From the IMG/VR virus record IMGVR_UViG_3300037722_000745, positions 160,001 through 224,000 of that record: a stretch of 64,000 bases of DNA; one strand, given 5' to 3'. Both the position numbers and the translations under genes were made by a program. Source of the DNA: a virus. Lineage: Duplodnaviria; Caudoviricetes. Positions 10,901 to 20,150 of the stretch are shown here, in pieces (the stretch's first letter is position 1; every line of letters starts with the position of its first letter). Under the pieces are notes generated by a model. That model ran no database searches and had not been told where the DNA came from. It worked only from the letters and a program-made list of their open reading frames with translations.

Positions 10901-11181
10901 CGCTTCTCGCGAAGGGACTGCGGCAATTCGAGGAAGTCGGTGGAGAGCTGGGGCGAAAAGAACTGCCCGTGACTCGCCATCGTCGTATTGAGACTCCCGC
11001 CAAATCCCCCACCAAGACCGAAGTTAGCCACGCGTTGTTGGCTTTTCAGCGCTCTCGCGGCTCTCTCCTTAGGGGTCAGATTGCTGATCGGCCCCTTTGA
11101 AGTGAACGGTGGTGGTGATGAGGCAGATGACGTGATCACCACGGATTGGGGTCGAACATTCGAGAATTGCCTGGGCATCAC
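7903..11181 (-). CDS. Portal protein with intein
   Basis: Extein motifs YRHFYNTDPIVGQSIDLH, GQSILDRVLRTLMYREKLRQAQ, AGLGVTESLLSGE, YLFEPV; located downstream of terminase. Confidence 0.8.
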   Translation of the reverse strand: MMPRQFSNVRPQSVVITSSASSPPPFTSKGPISNLTPKERAARALKSQQRVANFGLGGGFGGSLNTTMASHGQFFSPQLSTDFLELPQSLREKREIYRHFYNTDPIVGQSIDLHTELPLSKVRLATPKPQTHPERFKDTHDYANYILWFFTRMCDKIKLFQRLVTMVHHYWLDGGCVTGETLISTPSGERRADEIGLGDQVLTHTGRWRTVEAVQQRAGEDILSLDIARLPGRLNLTREHPIEVVRGDRFEFIETGDLREGDFVRATWPVGEADVSEVSLLDPLPAFVEPCDGGYRVTRTQVRPRSENAARARLGLLSWLCSLQEPVRRSRASIAEELGVPLYTLHNVILTLDQELPYPFRRRVATGPKHGDHTLWLPLWSGEENSWYYEINRDYRFQAPRELPVDADFLYLLGYWLGDGTLTRDTSRSSWGRGVWSVCFGSESNTHRERVRWILDQWFGSERVYERTDRECVSLAVTHNPAFVEWWASQFGCTSKGPNPKRIPNWVMQLPADKQLHLVAGLIDSDGCVSVGTTTNSVVQLSMVSEGLIYHIRDLFLRVGSVPSLRVAPPASDSYIDGQRVQSNGPSYVLTVNDEDESRRLCKYATKADRLLAQSKWVSRHTSYKRVAGQVALLIRGVEGYPDETVYNFQVDRDHTFRAGFVSTHNCFIFAEDSEVDVPAELGYDQKQVGVKYIVTEDGEAKEEPEIGLVEREDRENQELGHYQKEYKGWDRLIIIPIDRVKATTAHSFTDKMRIELIPSDKDRALIEQARSGDEFAEMVVRELPAEVRDYMEQGKLIPLGTDPDEGSFCYYMAGRRGAGEPLGQSILDRVLRTLMYREKLRQAQTQIASRAMTPKRIIWGDRISEVDVMDLREQVDLALVDPDYSIVTNYEVRWEEMGARDRLLDLSSEYEITDKQLYAGLGVTESLLSGETLYSGDRLKLEVINTRYLFLREMVQEYVERYLFEPVSRRKGFVEKNAWGEEVVLYPRLSFTRLPLRDSQDTYDALFNLYNKGSIDISLILEMFNIDADDTRVKLEKDLFTVNDALFNEVLRAIYSTVAQEIVEQTNVAEKIIETLKLQRKPEEEAQDPRF
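9184..10656 (-). mobile_element. Intein in portal (491 aa, LAGLIDADG)
   Basis: DGG|CVTGETLISTP ... TREHP ... LLGYWLGDG, AGLIDSDG ... VYNFQV..VSTHN|CFIF. Confidence 0.93.
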
Positions 11182-11654
11182 TCACCTATAGACAGATCCT
11201 GTCCATACAAATCTATCAAGGATTCCATTGGGCTCCGCTGAACTGCCTTGCTCTGAGCCTCTTTTTGAGCCTTCCGCTCACGCCTTTGCCTCATGAGCAT
11301 CTCTCCCTCTTTTTCAGCTTCTATGAGAGAGATGCGCTCCAAAATACGAGACGATCGACTAGCCCGCATTGAGATCTGATCGATCGACCCAGCGAACCTG
11401 GTCATCACGTTAGCGTAGGTTAGATAGATCGCCGTGGTGTCATCTGACGTGGATCTGCGGGTCCTTTGTACTATCCCCGCAGCTAAGAGATGTATCCGCT
11501 TCCCACGGTCGCGGATCTCTTCCTGCAATCGAGAAATCTCCGTGACCGTGCTAGCCACCGGAGTGAGATCGAACGGTCCGTTTTCAGCACTCACAATGTC
11601 GCCTGGATCCCTAGAAAGAACTGATTGACTGTTTGTGGGGTCTGCGTCACCCAC
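11178..11654 (-). CDS. Hypothetical helical protein
   Basis: 158 aa ORF overlapping the portal start. Confidence 0.6.
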   Translation of the reverse strand: MGDADPTNSQSVLSRDPGDIVSAENGPFDLTPVASTVTEISRLQEEIRDRGKRIHLLAAGIVQRTRRSTSDDTTAIYLTYANVMTRFAGSIDQISMRASRSSRILERISLIEAEKEGEMLMRQRRERKAQKEAQSKAVQRSPMESLIDLYGQDLSIGE

Positions 11655-12154
11655 CCTACACTGACCGCAGGCGCTAACCCACTGCCCGACAGAGACAGTT
11701 CATCCTCTTTTGTCCACAGCCCTCGAAGAGAGAAGTAAAGGGGGTCATTCGGGGCGTAGGCCAATGGGATGAATGGCGGACCCCCTAGCCTAGAAGCGTA
11801 TGTGAATTGCTCGTAGGAGGATGTCGACAACAGGGGGCTACCGGCAAACAGCACAGCATCCCCGTAATAGATCGATCCTCTAGTAGAGCTTACGTGTTGA
11901 TCTGCTGACTCATCCGAACCCCACACCAAGAAGCCACCGAACAAACCAGTAGAGTACGTGACCGTAAAGTGGTCTGAACTCACATCCACCCATTGGACAC
12001 CCTGCCCTCCAGGCCAACCGGCTTGTAACATGGCACCATCCACCCGCACCGGGAACGTGTCGTCCTTCACAAAGACAACACAGTCTCGGGACCGCACTAG
12101 ATCGATACCATGCGAATCGAACTGGAAAGTTCCTGCTGGAGGTGGGAATGGCAT
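11591..12154 (-). CDS. Tandem paralogue 3 (putative capsid decoration/minor virion protein)
   Basis: Shares GWPGGQG.W, GGFL.WGSDES.D, YE.(F/Y)T..SR and FSLRG motifs with the two upstream genes. Confidence 0.6.
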   Translation of the reverse strand: MPFPPPAGTFQFDSHGIDLVRSRDCVVFVKDDTFPVRVDGAMLQAGWPGGQGVQWVDVSSDHFTVTYSTGLFGGFLVWGSDESADQHVSSTRGSIYYGDAVLFAGSPLLSTSSYEQFTYASRLGGPPFIPLAYAPNDPLYFSLRGLWTKEDELSLSGSGLAPAVSVGWVTQTPQTVNQFFLGIQATL

Positions 12155-12672
12155 CAGATGAATGTCTGCAGCATGAGGTAGTTGTTGTTGCTTGGGTTCG
12201 GGGCCTGAATCACAGACCCAACGACGTTGTCGTTAGGGGCTCTAGGATCTCCGCTGATCGTCCATTCGTCTTGGGATGTGCACAGCCCGCGTAATGAAAA
12301 CTTCACGTGAGTGCCTGGGATGTACACATTCTCTACTAGCGGTGGCACAAGACGAGACTGCAGGGTGTACTGTTCGAAGGTCCGCGTCGCAATGATCCAC
12401 GTGCCCACACACGCAACCGCATACCCGTACCGCGGTTGACTGCCTGTATACGCAACGAACTGGTCGCTATCCTCATTGGACCCCCACAACAGAAATGCCG
12501 CCGGCAACCCATCGGAGAAGTCCAATAAGAACTCATCCGAACCGGTAGGAGCCCAAACGACCCCCTGGCCTCCAGGCCAACCGGCAGCAGACATAGCCGC
12601 CGTTACTCGACACGGGTAGGTCAAGTCCTTGACCAACACAACTACATCCCGTGTGTAAGCACGTTCCGTCAT
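12154..12672 (-). CDS. Tandem paralogue 2 (putative capsid decoration/minor virion protein)
   Basis: Same motif set: GWPGGQG, WGSNEDSD, FSLRG, GDPRAPN. Confidence 0.6.
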   Translation of the reverse strand: MTERAYTRDVVVLVKDLTYPCRVTAAMSAAGWPGGQGVVWAPTGSDEFLLDFSDGLPAAFLLWGSNEDSDQFVAYTGSQPRYGYAVACVGTWIIATRTFEQYTLQSRLVPPLVENVYIPGTHVKFSLRGLCTSQDEWTISGDPRAPNDNVVGSVIQAPNPSNNNYLMLQTFI

Positions 12673-13190
12673 AGCATGGCCTGAATCGTAAGGTAGTCAC
12701 TCCTCGAAGGAGTGGGCCTTTGAACTACCGCGCCGACATAATTGAGATTCGGAGCCCTAGGGTCTCCTGACAAATCCCACTCGTCCTCCACCGTGAAGTA
12801 CCCACGGAGAGAGAACCTGAGGCGATCACTAGCGTTGTACACAAGAGGTACTAACGGTCCTCCACCCGTACGGGATACATAGGTGTACCGCTCATACGTC
12901 GAAGTTGAGAAGATCCAACCCCCCGCGGCTAAGACCACAAAACGGTATGTGGGTTGGTTTCTTGTTGAGGCTGTGAAATCGTCCGACGACTCGTCCGATC
13001 CCCACAAAGCGAACCCACCAAACAACCCATCTGAAACGGTGGCTAGAAGACGATCCCCAACGGGATCCGTCCACACAAACCCCGAACCACCCAACCAACC
13101 AGAGGTAGCTGTGCTCTGTGAGACCTCTACAGTGAAACTGGGGCCTTTGTGGAACACAACCACATCCCGTGTACGAAAAATCTCTGGCAT
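12669..13190 (-). CDS. Tandem paralogue 1 (putative capsid decoration/minor virion protein)
   Basis: Same motif set: GWLGGSG, WGSDESSD, FSLRG, GDPRAPN. Confidence 0.6.
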   Translation of the reverse strand: MPEIFRTRDVVVFHKGPSFTVEVSQSTATSGWLGGSGFVWTDPVGDRLLATVSDGLFGGFALWGSDESSDDFTASTRNQPTYRFVVLAAGGWIFSTSTYERYTYVSRTGGGPLVPLVYNASDRLRFSLRGYFTVEDEWDLSGDPRAPNLNYVGAVVQRPTPSRSDYLTIQAML

Positions 13191-13438
13191 CAGATCATCT
13201 GGTCCGAACGTCGCTTACGTTCTGGCATCGATCCCCAACCTTTGAGGATCGCCTTCAACAACTCAATAGGGACCTGATCCCCCAAAGCGAACTGCTCCCA
13301 TCGACCTCCACACCGTCTGAACACTATCCGAATCGCCAAATAGTCCTGAGGATCAAGGATGACGTCGTCCGACACCAATTGATCAACCATCAACCTAATG
13401 ATCTTGTTGGAAAAAACCTTTGGAGCGTCATCGTCCAT
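13190..13438 (-). CDS. Small hypothetical protein
   Basis: 82 aa ORF filling the gap between terL and the paralogues; stop overlaps the next start. Confidence 0.6.
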   Translation of the reverse strand: MDDDAPKVFSNKIIRLMVDQLVSDDVILDPQDYLAIRIVFRRCGGRWEQFALGDQVPIELLKAILKGWGSMPERKRRSDQMI

Positions 13439-13462
13439 AGAGGCGTACTCCCAAGAGGATCC

Positions 13463-15475
13463 TTACCGGAGCCGACTCCGTAGCCCCAAACTACGAGGGA
13501 CAGTGCGTTCCGAATACCCGCCATGCTTCAGAGCCCTCATCCTCTGATAGCGGCTTACCGTCATATGCTGACCAGTACCCCTGATACCCGCACTCGCGCC
13601 AAACACATGCTTCTCGTCACGCATACGCTCAGAGGTCAGCCAGACCGAACGGACGAACGCATCACTGCGGTCATCGTGATAGCCAGCTGTCTTAGGGGCT
13701 TCTACGAGGACAATGTGTCGAGACACTTGCTCGGCTTGGAGATGGAGCAGCTCATCAATGAAATCGGAGTGCTTCTTGTTCTGTGGGATTGGCGTGTCGT
13801 ACAGAGTCAAAGACCGATCGAACATGAGCATCTTGGTGTTCTGGTACATACGAGAAGTCATCTCCCGTTGAAACAACTCGCACTTGAATTGAGTTAGGCC
13901 CTTCTTGCGCAATCGTTGCTCCAACGGGATCCCATTCCATCGGTCAAAGAGACCCTCCGAAATATAGAACCTCTTCGTCAGTGCCCAAATCCAGTCCGCG
14001 ATCTCGTCAAAGTCCAAACGCGTTACATCACCAATCGTCTTGCTATAGGGTGTTGAGAACCGACCTCCTAAATGGGGGTTAGACTCACGCCAATCTACCC
14101 CCGCCTGCCAATACTCGTGGTACACCAACACAATCTGACCGCCGACATTCGTCGTGATTGCCACGCACGTACCGTCCTTAACCAAACCCACGTCGATTCC
14201 CATCTGATGGGGTGTTCTAGGGCCTCCGACAATCTGCGGTCTTAACTCAGGATTGATGCAGTCGAGCAAATCCTGCTCGCGTTCAATCCACCCACGAACA
14301 CGATCACTAAACTGGGCCCCGTGCTCCGTCATAAACGAAGCCGGATCCGCATGGTAGTGCTGCTTGTAGTAGGAAGCCGGAACCGTCGGGTTAACCTCCC
14401 AAGTCGGGGCTTGGATCGCAAGAATGTTGTTCGACCCAGGGCCCTTTCTCATTGCCAAGTCAAACTGATCGAAGAACTTGCCGTTCCGGTTGAGCGGGGA
14501 CGAGATCATAATGATCCTCGCCTCAACGTCTCCAATCGGCTTATCAGGGCGATTGGGATCCTTGGGAGAAAAGGCCGCGGTTGAGGGTGTGACCGCCTTG
14601 TAGATATCTTCCGCCGACGCCTGACCCTTGTCCTGGAAGTGAGCCACCTCGTCCAGGATCACAACACAATTGCCAGAACCACGAAGGCCCTTCGCGATAC
14701 AGCTCTTGAAAGTAACACGGAGCGTTGCCTTCCCGTTCAAGCTTTGAAAGCGACCGTCCTGACGATAGACCGTTCCATACTTCTCGATGTCGTACGGGGT
14801 CCTAAACTGAACGTGAGACAGAGTGTTGTTGGCGACGTACGGTTTGAAGTACTCGCACCGAACGAGGTGAGAGGTCACCTCATTGAAAAGGATCCCGGCC
14901 TGCTCTTTGTCCGTAGCAACCGAGATGATCTGGATTCGGTTGCCGTTGGGGAGGCCGTAGTACTCCTGAGGATTGTAGAGATTGAGCAGCCGGTAGACTT
15001 CGTAGCTCGCAAAGATTCCAGAAAGCGTTGTTTTTCCGCCGCGCCTACCGATAGCCAAGACTAACTCACGTCGCTCGTGATCCTGCTCCCCAATATTGCA
15101 GCGACCTTCATTGTAGAGGTACTCCAGGTACTCCTTCTCGGTGAAGGTGTGGAGAACCTTGGTCCCAAGCATGTCAGGGATCTCAATTCTCTTCTCCTTG
15201 TCGTCTAGTTCCAGGTGGTAGTACAGCTTGACGATGAAGCGCTGTGCCGGGAACAACCGCATCCCGAGGCCCCACTGGCTCTCGATGTACTCCAGGATGT
15301 TAAAGATCCGTGGCTTGAAAGGCTTGGGCGTCCCATCGATGACGAGTTCTCCCTCATCATCAACCCCGCCCTGAGCAAGCTCCAGCTCTTTCTGTCCGAC
15401 AGCGAGCTTAGCTTTACTACCCGCATCACGGATGAGAGCGGCAACCCCTTCCCCCGCTCGCCTACGCCCTGCCAT
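13463..15475 (-). CDS. terL: Terminase large subunit
   Basis: Walker A GRRGGKTT, Walker B VILDEVAHF, ISSP coupling motif, RNase H-like nuclease GIDVG...HDDRSDA. Confidence 0.9.
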   Translation of the reverse strand: MAGRRRAGEGVAALIRDAGSKAKLAVGQKELELAQGGVDDEGELVIDGTPKPFKPRIFNILEYIESQWGLGMRLFPAQRFIVKLYYHLELDDKEKRIEIPDMLGTKVLHTFTEKEYLEYLYNEGRCNIGEQDHERRELVLAIGRRGGKTTLSGIFASYEVYRLLNLYNPQEYYGLPNGNRIQIISVATDKEQAGILFNEVTSHLVRCEYFKPYVANNTLSHVQFRTPYDIEKYGTVYRQDGRFQSLNGKATLRVTFKSCIAKGLRGSGNCVVILDEVAHFQDKGQASAEDIYKAVTPSTAAFSPKDPNRPDKPIGDVEARIIMISSPLNRNGKFFDQFDLAMRKGPGSNNILAIQAPTWEVNPTVPASYYKQHYHADPASFMTEHGAQFSDRVRGWIEREQDLLDCINPELRPQIVGGPRTPHQMGIDVGLVKDGTCVAITTNVGGQIVLVYHEYWQAGVDWRESNPHLGGRFSTPYSKTIGDVTRLDFDEIADWIWALTKRFYISEGLFDRWNGIPLEQRLRKKGLTQFKCELFQREMTSRMYQNTKMLMFDRSLTLYDTPIPQNKKHSDFIDELLHLQAEQVSRHIVLVEAPKTAGYHDDRSDAFVRSVWLTSERMRDEKHVFGASAGIRGTGQHMTVSRYQRMRALKHGGYSERTVPRSLGLRSRLR

Positions 15476-15478
15476 GCA

Positions 15479-16096
15479 TCACCGCACCAATTCTTCGGCC
15501 CTGTCCTCCCAACCGTCCATCGCAGAGGTAAGTCGATTGAAAAACAAGTCGAGAGATTCTGGTTCTAGGGTCTCTTCCGCCACCTCTCGAATAGTGGTAA
15601 CCCAGAGGGCAAAGATCCTCTGGAACTTCTCGCTGTGAACATCGACCTGATCGAACCCGATCTTCCTCATCTCCATCTCGATATCAGCGATCTTCTTGAG
15701 AGCGTCGATACGGCGGGCTGAGATGGTTGTGATGTCCTTCCCCATCTTGGTGTTGATCGTACGTTGGTATGCCAACGTTGCTGCTTCGCGAGCAACCTCC
15801 CCCTTGAGGGTGCTCAGCAGGGCTAACGAATCCTTCCCCTTCGAAGAGCGGACGACTGGATCATTGTCGATGGCCGCATTCCGCTCCGCCGCAGTCTGCT
15901 CGTAGTACGCTTCATCCTCTTCCGTAGGTCGGTTAAAGCGACTACCGGGGGGTTTGTCCTTGCTGCGCTTACCCGCCGCACGGCCCCCCGCCGGTACTGC
16001 AGGCGGCATAAACATCACTTTGGCCTTAGGGCCCATTACAGGTTTCTCCTCCACCCTCTCTAGTAGGTCATTGTCTGGATCGCTCGCGTTACTCAT
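15479..16096 (-). CDS. Putative terminase small subunit
   Basis: Helical 205 aa protein directly upstream of terL; positional inference only. Confidence 0.4.
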   Translation of the reverse strand: MSNASDPDNDLLERVEEKPVMGPKAKVMFMPPAVPAGGRAAGKRSKDKPPGSRFNRPTEEDEAYYEQTAAERNAAIDNDPVVRSSKGKDSLALLSTLKGEVAREAATLAYQRTINTKMGKDITTISARRIDALKKIADIEMEMRKIGFDQVDVHSEKFQRIFALWVTTIREVAEETLEPESLDLFFNRLTSAMDGWEDRAEELVR

Positions 16097-16512
16097 ACGC
16101 CACCCACCGGGGAGGTCCCCCCACCGCCGCCTGTCTCAATGAGGTATTGACTCAGGTTGTTGACCGTGGCGTACCCCTTATCCCTAGGCACCTGGACCCT
16201 CAACGTGCGGTCCATATCAACGTAGGTGTTGCTATCACCTGGCCAGCCCTTCTCCACGTAGTTAAGAACACCTACGCTGCGAGGCACGGGTTGGAACAAA
16301 TCCTTAGGTCTTAGGTCCCTACGATCAGGCTTGGTACCGTCCTCTCGAGTAGTGTCCGTTTGAGCAAAATCTCGGACAACCTCTCTTGAGATCCCCTTAG
16401 GCTTGTTCACCAGTCGAACAGAATCCCGGGTCTCCTTGCGACCACCGGGAGCCTGGTCCGCAACCCTCCGTTGGAAACGAGCCACGACACGAACTGTCAG
16501 CACAGAACTCAA
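16093..16512 (-). CDS. Hypothetical protein
   Basis: 139 aa; N-terminal RVVARFQRRVA motif shared with other late proteins. Confidence 0.6.
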   Translation of the reverse strand: MSSVLTVRVVARFQRRVADQAPGGRKETRDSVRLVNKPKGISREVVRDFAQTDTTREDGTKPDRRDLRPKDLFQPVPRSVGVLNYVEKGWPGDSNTYVDMDRTLRVQVPRDKGYATVNNLSQYLIETGGGGGTSPVGGV

Positions 16513-18470
16513 AGTCTGACCTTCCCTGTACCAAACTGAATGGTGACCAAGTCAGGATCTGCAGCCTCCCTCACTGAAACATCCAGCTCGTGCTGCATCT
16601 GAAACTCCGCTACAGTGTTCGTGGCATTGTTTACTAGAGACTCGTACGTGACCTCCATCGATCTCCCAGACGCTAACACCTCACGCTGCTGAGCAGCCTT
16701 GTTGGTGTAAGGTGGTTCAACCACTAGACGCTTGTGGATCTTGGAGCAAAATCCGAGCCTGGTTTGATGCACACAACTATCGCATTTGGACCCTTGTTTG
16801 ACGTAACCCAATCCACGAGACCTGTGTAAACGGGCAGCCTCGTCACAGCCACGACCGTAGTCGTCATAGACTGAAGGGTCTACGTAGAAGATCCCCTGAA
16901 GCCCTTGCTCCGCGAGTATGGGCCTCAACTCTTCTTTTGCCGCTACGAGGTCACGAACTTCGTAACGTGTTTTGAGAGCCATCACGAGATCCTCGCCGTA
17001 AAGACCCTCGTTCATGTAACGACTAGCCTGCCGGGCAATATCCCGACGAGTTATCCCACCAGTACTGTGCTCCAAACGCTGCCCATAGAAGCCCTCCATG
17101 AAGCCCATACGAGCAGGCGCCACCTGAGGCAAGGCAGCTTCCCGTGTGGCATCGTGGATAGCCTTGAGGGCCTTCGCCGGGGTCTCACCCCAGCTCGACG
17201 CGGTCTTCACATCCCACGGGTTGAGACGACCCGAGAGCTTGTGCTCCTGAAGAACCGCTTCGACCGTCTCTTCAGTCAATACGTCAGACGCCGCTTGAAC
17301 TAGGCGTTTACCGTACAACATGCAGCGCGTCTTATTGTAGATGCAAGATCCGCACTTCTCACCCGCTACGACAGCACGGACACCCGGGTTGTGCTTCGCC
17401 AGAAAGTCGGCCCCCTTGTGGCAGGACTCGAAGCTAGCCTGCTTCGTGTAGATCACCCCATAGAGTCCCGCCTCACGGAAGATTGGCTGCCACTGATCAC
17501 GTGTGCGAACTAGCAGGTCCGAACTAAAGGCGAGCTTGAGAGACCGAACGAGTTCTTCACGCGTGAGACCCTTCACCATCTCACGGTGCAAGAAAGCCAC
17601 GACAGGCTTGCCATCAACTTCCGCCTGCTTTTTGCGAGTCAAAGCGGAGACAGAAACGAGCTGTTCCTTAACTAGAGCAGGATCAACCGTAGCCACCCGT
17701 GTCCGGGAAATTCCTTGACCTTCATACGTCTCAGAAGGTCGAGTCCTTCGAGGGGCCAAGAAAGCCCCTCGAATTCGTTCACGCGGGTCTACCCCCTCAA
17801 CAGCCTGAACAGCACGACCCTTACCCTGCTCCGCCCGCTCAATAGCGTCCGCCAGAGAGTTCGAGTAGGGGACCTCCAGCTCGAGCTGCTTGTGGAAAAT
17901 CCCGCAATGGTTTGTTGAACCTGCCGTTGAGCTGACATGCCGGCATCCTTGACAGGCATCCTTGGCGATCACATAGCGGGCATCTCGTGCGTACCGTTTG
18001 ACAAACTCCGCAGCTCGGCCTCCTCTAGCACACGTAGGGAAGTCCTCAGCCATCACGTAGAGCGGCCCCAAAAGGCCACGTTCGGTCAACACCTCTGCTA
18101 ACACCTGTCGGTGTTCACGGAGGATCTCAACACTTCCAATACGCTTGATCAGTTCACTCCTCAATCGAGAGGGATCACTTGACTGCATGAGCGCTAGGCG
18201 TGAAATCCTACGGATGGTCTCTGCTTGAGGGCGCAAAGGACCGTGCACCTGAGATAGGTCTCCCATGGTGTTCGGACCTGTGTTAGGAACCAGGTAGCTA
18301 GTAGGATCCTCATCGTTGCGGGCCCACAAGGCTTCAAGATCGGGTTGGACATCCAAGTTCTGCTTGGGCAGATCTTCAGATTCCCGATACGCCTCTTCAT
18401 CAATGTCCAACCAATCCAGGTCGGCCACTGAGGAATCCTTCAAGAAGTTGCTGAGATCAAACTCCGCCAT
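16509..18470 (-). CDS. Protein with three 4-Cys metal-binding repeats
   Basis: Three copies of GL.G..Y...(F/Y)..C..(G/A)A.........V....C..C.....C....K.L. Confidence 0.65.
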   Translation of the reverse strand: MAEFDLSNFLKDSSVADLDWLDIDEEAYRESEDLPKQNLDVQPDLEALWARNDEDPTSYLVPNTGPNTMGDLSQVHGPLRPQAETIRRISRLALMQSSDPSRLRSELIKRIGSVEILREHRQVLAEVLTERGLLGPLYVMAEDFPTCARGGRAAEFVKRYARDARYVIAKDACQGCRHVSSTAGSTNHCGIFHKQLELEVPYSNSLADAIERAEQGKGRAVQAVEGVDPRERIRGAFLAPRRTRPSETYEGQGISRTRVATVDPALVKEQLVSVSALTRKKQAEVDGKPVVAFLHREMVKGLTREELVRSLKLAFSSDLLVRTRDQWQPIFREAGLYGVIYTKQASFESCHKGADFLAKHNPGVRAVVAGEKCGSCIYNKTRCMLYGKRLVQAASDVLTEETVEAVLQEHKLSGRLNPWDVKTASSWGETPAKALKAIHDATREAALPQVAPARMGFMEGFYGQRLEHSTGGITRRDIARQASRYMNEGLYGEDLVMALKTRYEVRDLVAAKEELRPILAEQGLQGIFYVDPSVYDDYGRGCDEAARLHRSRGLGYVKQGSKCDSCVHQTRLGFCSKIHKRLVVEPPYTNKAAQQREVLASGRSMEVTYESLVNNATNTVAEFQMQHELDVSVREAADPDLVTIQFGTGKVRL

Positions 18471-18485
18471 GGATCAATCGTCTCC

Positions 18486-19871
18486 CTATCCTTGAATGTG
18501 GTCGTCTTGGGCCACATAAGGACCTTGGACTTCGCGCTGGTATGTGTAATCCGGACGCATACTACGAGTCGTGTAATCCCATTTGATATACGGTTGACTC
18601 TGCTCTAGACGCTCCCCCACTCCTGGCACATCTAAATCATGGTCATACCTAGTGTCAGGGACCTCTGGGATCCCCGACGAAGCCGATTGTTGAGGGTAGT
18701 AGTCAGACCTAGCCACCGGAGGCAACACGTCTTGAGGGAGCAATGTAGCCGCCTTCCATCGGGACTGACCCACAGCCAATTCCACAACAGGAGTCGTGTC
18801 ACTCACTCCAAGAGAAGCAGCTCCGCCCGGGAGTTCAGAATGAGGTCCGTAAACCCCTTTCCCAGTCGAAGTTGGGTTCGGTACCTCCAAACCACCCCCA
18901 TGCCCATCACCTAACCCAAAGGAATCAGCATCTGTCGGAGTGCGGTCAACCGGCAAGCCAGAGCCTGCAACCGTCGCAGAGGGGCTCTCCAAACGATTCT
19001 CCCACTCCATGTTGTAGTCATATTCGCGGGGGCCAGCGTCGTTCAAACTCCACAGATCCTCATCATTGGTGCGATCCAAATCTTCGACCCGAGGTCCAGG
19101 CAAAGTCGAAGGCGGAATTGACGAGTTGGCAGTTCTAGCCAAGACTCTCGCTTGCAACGACGCTTGCTTTAGGCTCTGTTCTACCGGGTCCGCCGGAGAC
19201 TTGGGATCCACGTAGTTATCCGCCAAGTCCTTACCATCAGGTGTTCTAGACGCCCTTCCCTCTCCGTCTCCATCTAGATCAACCCTGTCCCCCTCCTGCT
19301 CGACCTCCTCCATATCGTCCTTGGTCTCTCTATCAGGGTCATCCATATTCCGTTCCGCCTCACCCACAAGGCGCTCTACGGTCTCGACATCACTGCTCTC
19401 GAGTTCCGCCAATTTGGGTTTCCAATGAGAGGCATTCAGTTCGTCATGAACCGTATCCGAGATCGCGGAAAGGCTCTCGCACGCATCGTAGAGAGCCTTC
19501 CTGACATCCTTGATAGACATCACATACCCACGCCCACCGATCAAACCATCCGGAGAAATGGTAGAAGACTTGACCTTAGCGAACTGCCGATGTGCGGTCA
19601 TCGCATGCCCCAAAGCTACGGACATCGCCCACAGCATTCTAGCTAGCGGCTTGAGAGCCTTGGGGTTGTAGTCGTAGTCCTTTGGGATCGCACGCTTGAG
19701 ATGATCGACCATCTCGTTGTCAGGGCCAGAAGCTGTCTTAGGTACCTGCCCCACAACATGCACACCTCCCCCTCGATACCCAGCTAGCTTCATCTGAAGT
19801 TGAAGCTGTGTCCTCTCCAGCTCTTGAACATGCCGATTGAGAGCGGCTAGTGTGTTCTCGCGTGCACTCAC
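18486..19871 (-). CDS. Hypothetical protein, low-complexity C-terminal half
   Basis: 461 aa; repeated xA-S-(S/G)-(I/L)-P motifs. Confidence 0.65.
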   Translation of the reverse strand: MSARENTLAALNRHVQELERTQLQLQMKLAGYRGGGVHVVGQVPKTASGPDNEMVDHLKRAIPKDYDYNPKALKPLARMLWAMSVALGHAMTAHRQFAKVKSSTISPDGLIGGRGYVMSIKDVRKALYDACESLSAISDTVHDELNASHWKPKLAELESSDVETVERLVGEAERNMDDPDRETKDDMEEVEQEGDRVDLDGDGEGRASRTPDGKDLADNYVDPKSPADPVEQSLKQASLQARVLARTANSSIPPSTLPGPRVEDLDRTNDEDLWSLNDAGPREYDYNMEWENRLESPSATVAGSGLPVDRTPTDADSFGLGDGHGGGLEVPNPTSTGKGVYGPHSELPGGAASLGVSDTTPVVELAVGQSRWKAATLLPQDVLPPVARSDYYPQQSASSGIPEVPDTRYDHDLDVPGVGERLEQSQPYIKWDYTTRSMRPDYTYQREVQGPYVAQDDHIQG

Positions 19872-19876
19872 GGTAT

Positions 19877-20143
19877 TCAGCCCTTGAGGGGCTCCCCCTT
19901 GTCATCAAATAGCCTCTCAATGTAGTAGCCGTCCCCCTCTTTCTTAAGGGTCCAGAGTTCCCTCTCGCTCCGATGGATCAACGTGTCAGAAGACAGTCGG
20001 ATGAACGGACGAATGTCCGCCATGGACGCCACCTTGGTACGTCCTGTCTGGTGTGGTTTGAGGATATGGGCCTCCCTCTCGAACAAGGCATCTAAGCCTG
20101 TCTCACCGGCCATTCTCATCGCACTCAGATCGAAGTCGTCCAT
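19877..20143 (-). CDS. Small hypothetical protein
   Basis: 88 aa ORF in operon-like spacing. Confidence 0.65.
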   Translation of the reverse strand: MDDFDLSAMRMAGETGLDALFEREAHILKPHQTGRTKVASMADIRPFIRLSSDTLIHRSERELWTLKKEGDGYYIERLFDDKGEPLKG

Positions 20144-20150
20144 CCTACCC

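Noticed and set aside
5051-11222. TTGATAG motif upstream of some virion genes (about 5052 and 11215) as a late promoter
   Set aside because: Too few intergenic instances, variable spacing to starts, and one copy is simply tandem TGA-TAG stops.
11654-11663. GTGTAGG next to the start of ORF 11178-11654 as a promoter-motif instance
   Set aside because: Lies within the overlapping upstream coding frame and does not have the 9-nt spacing; copies near 29505 and 49180 are likewise inside coding sequence.
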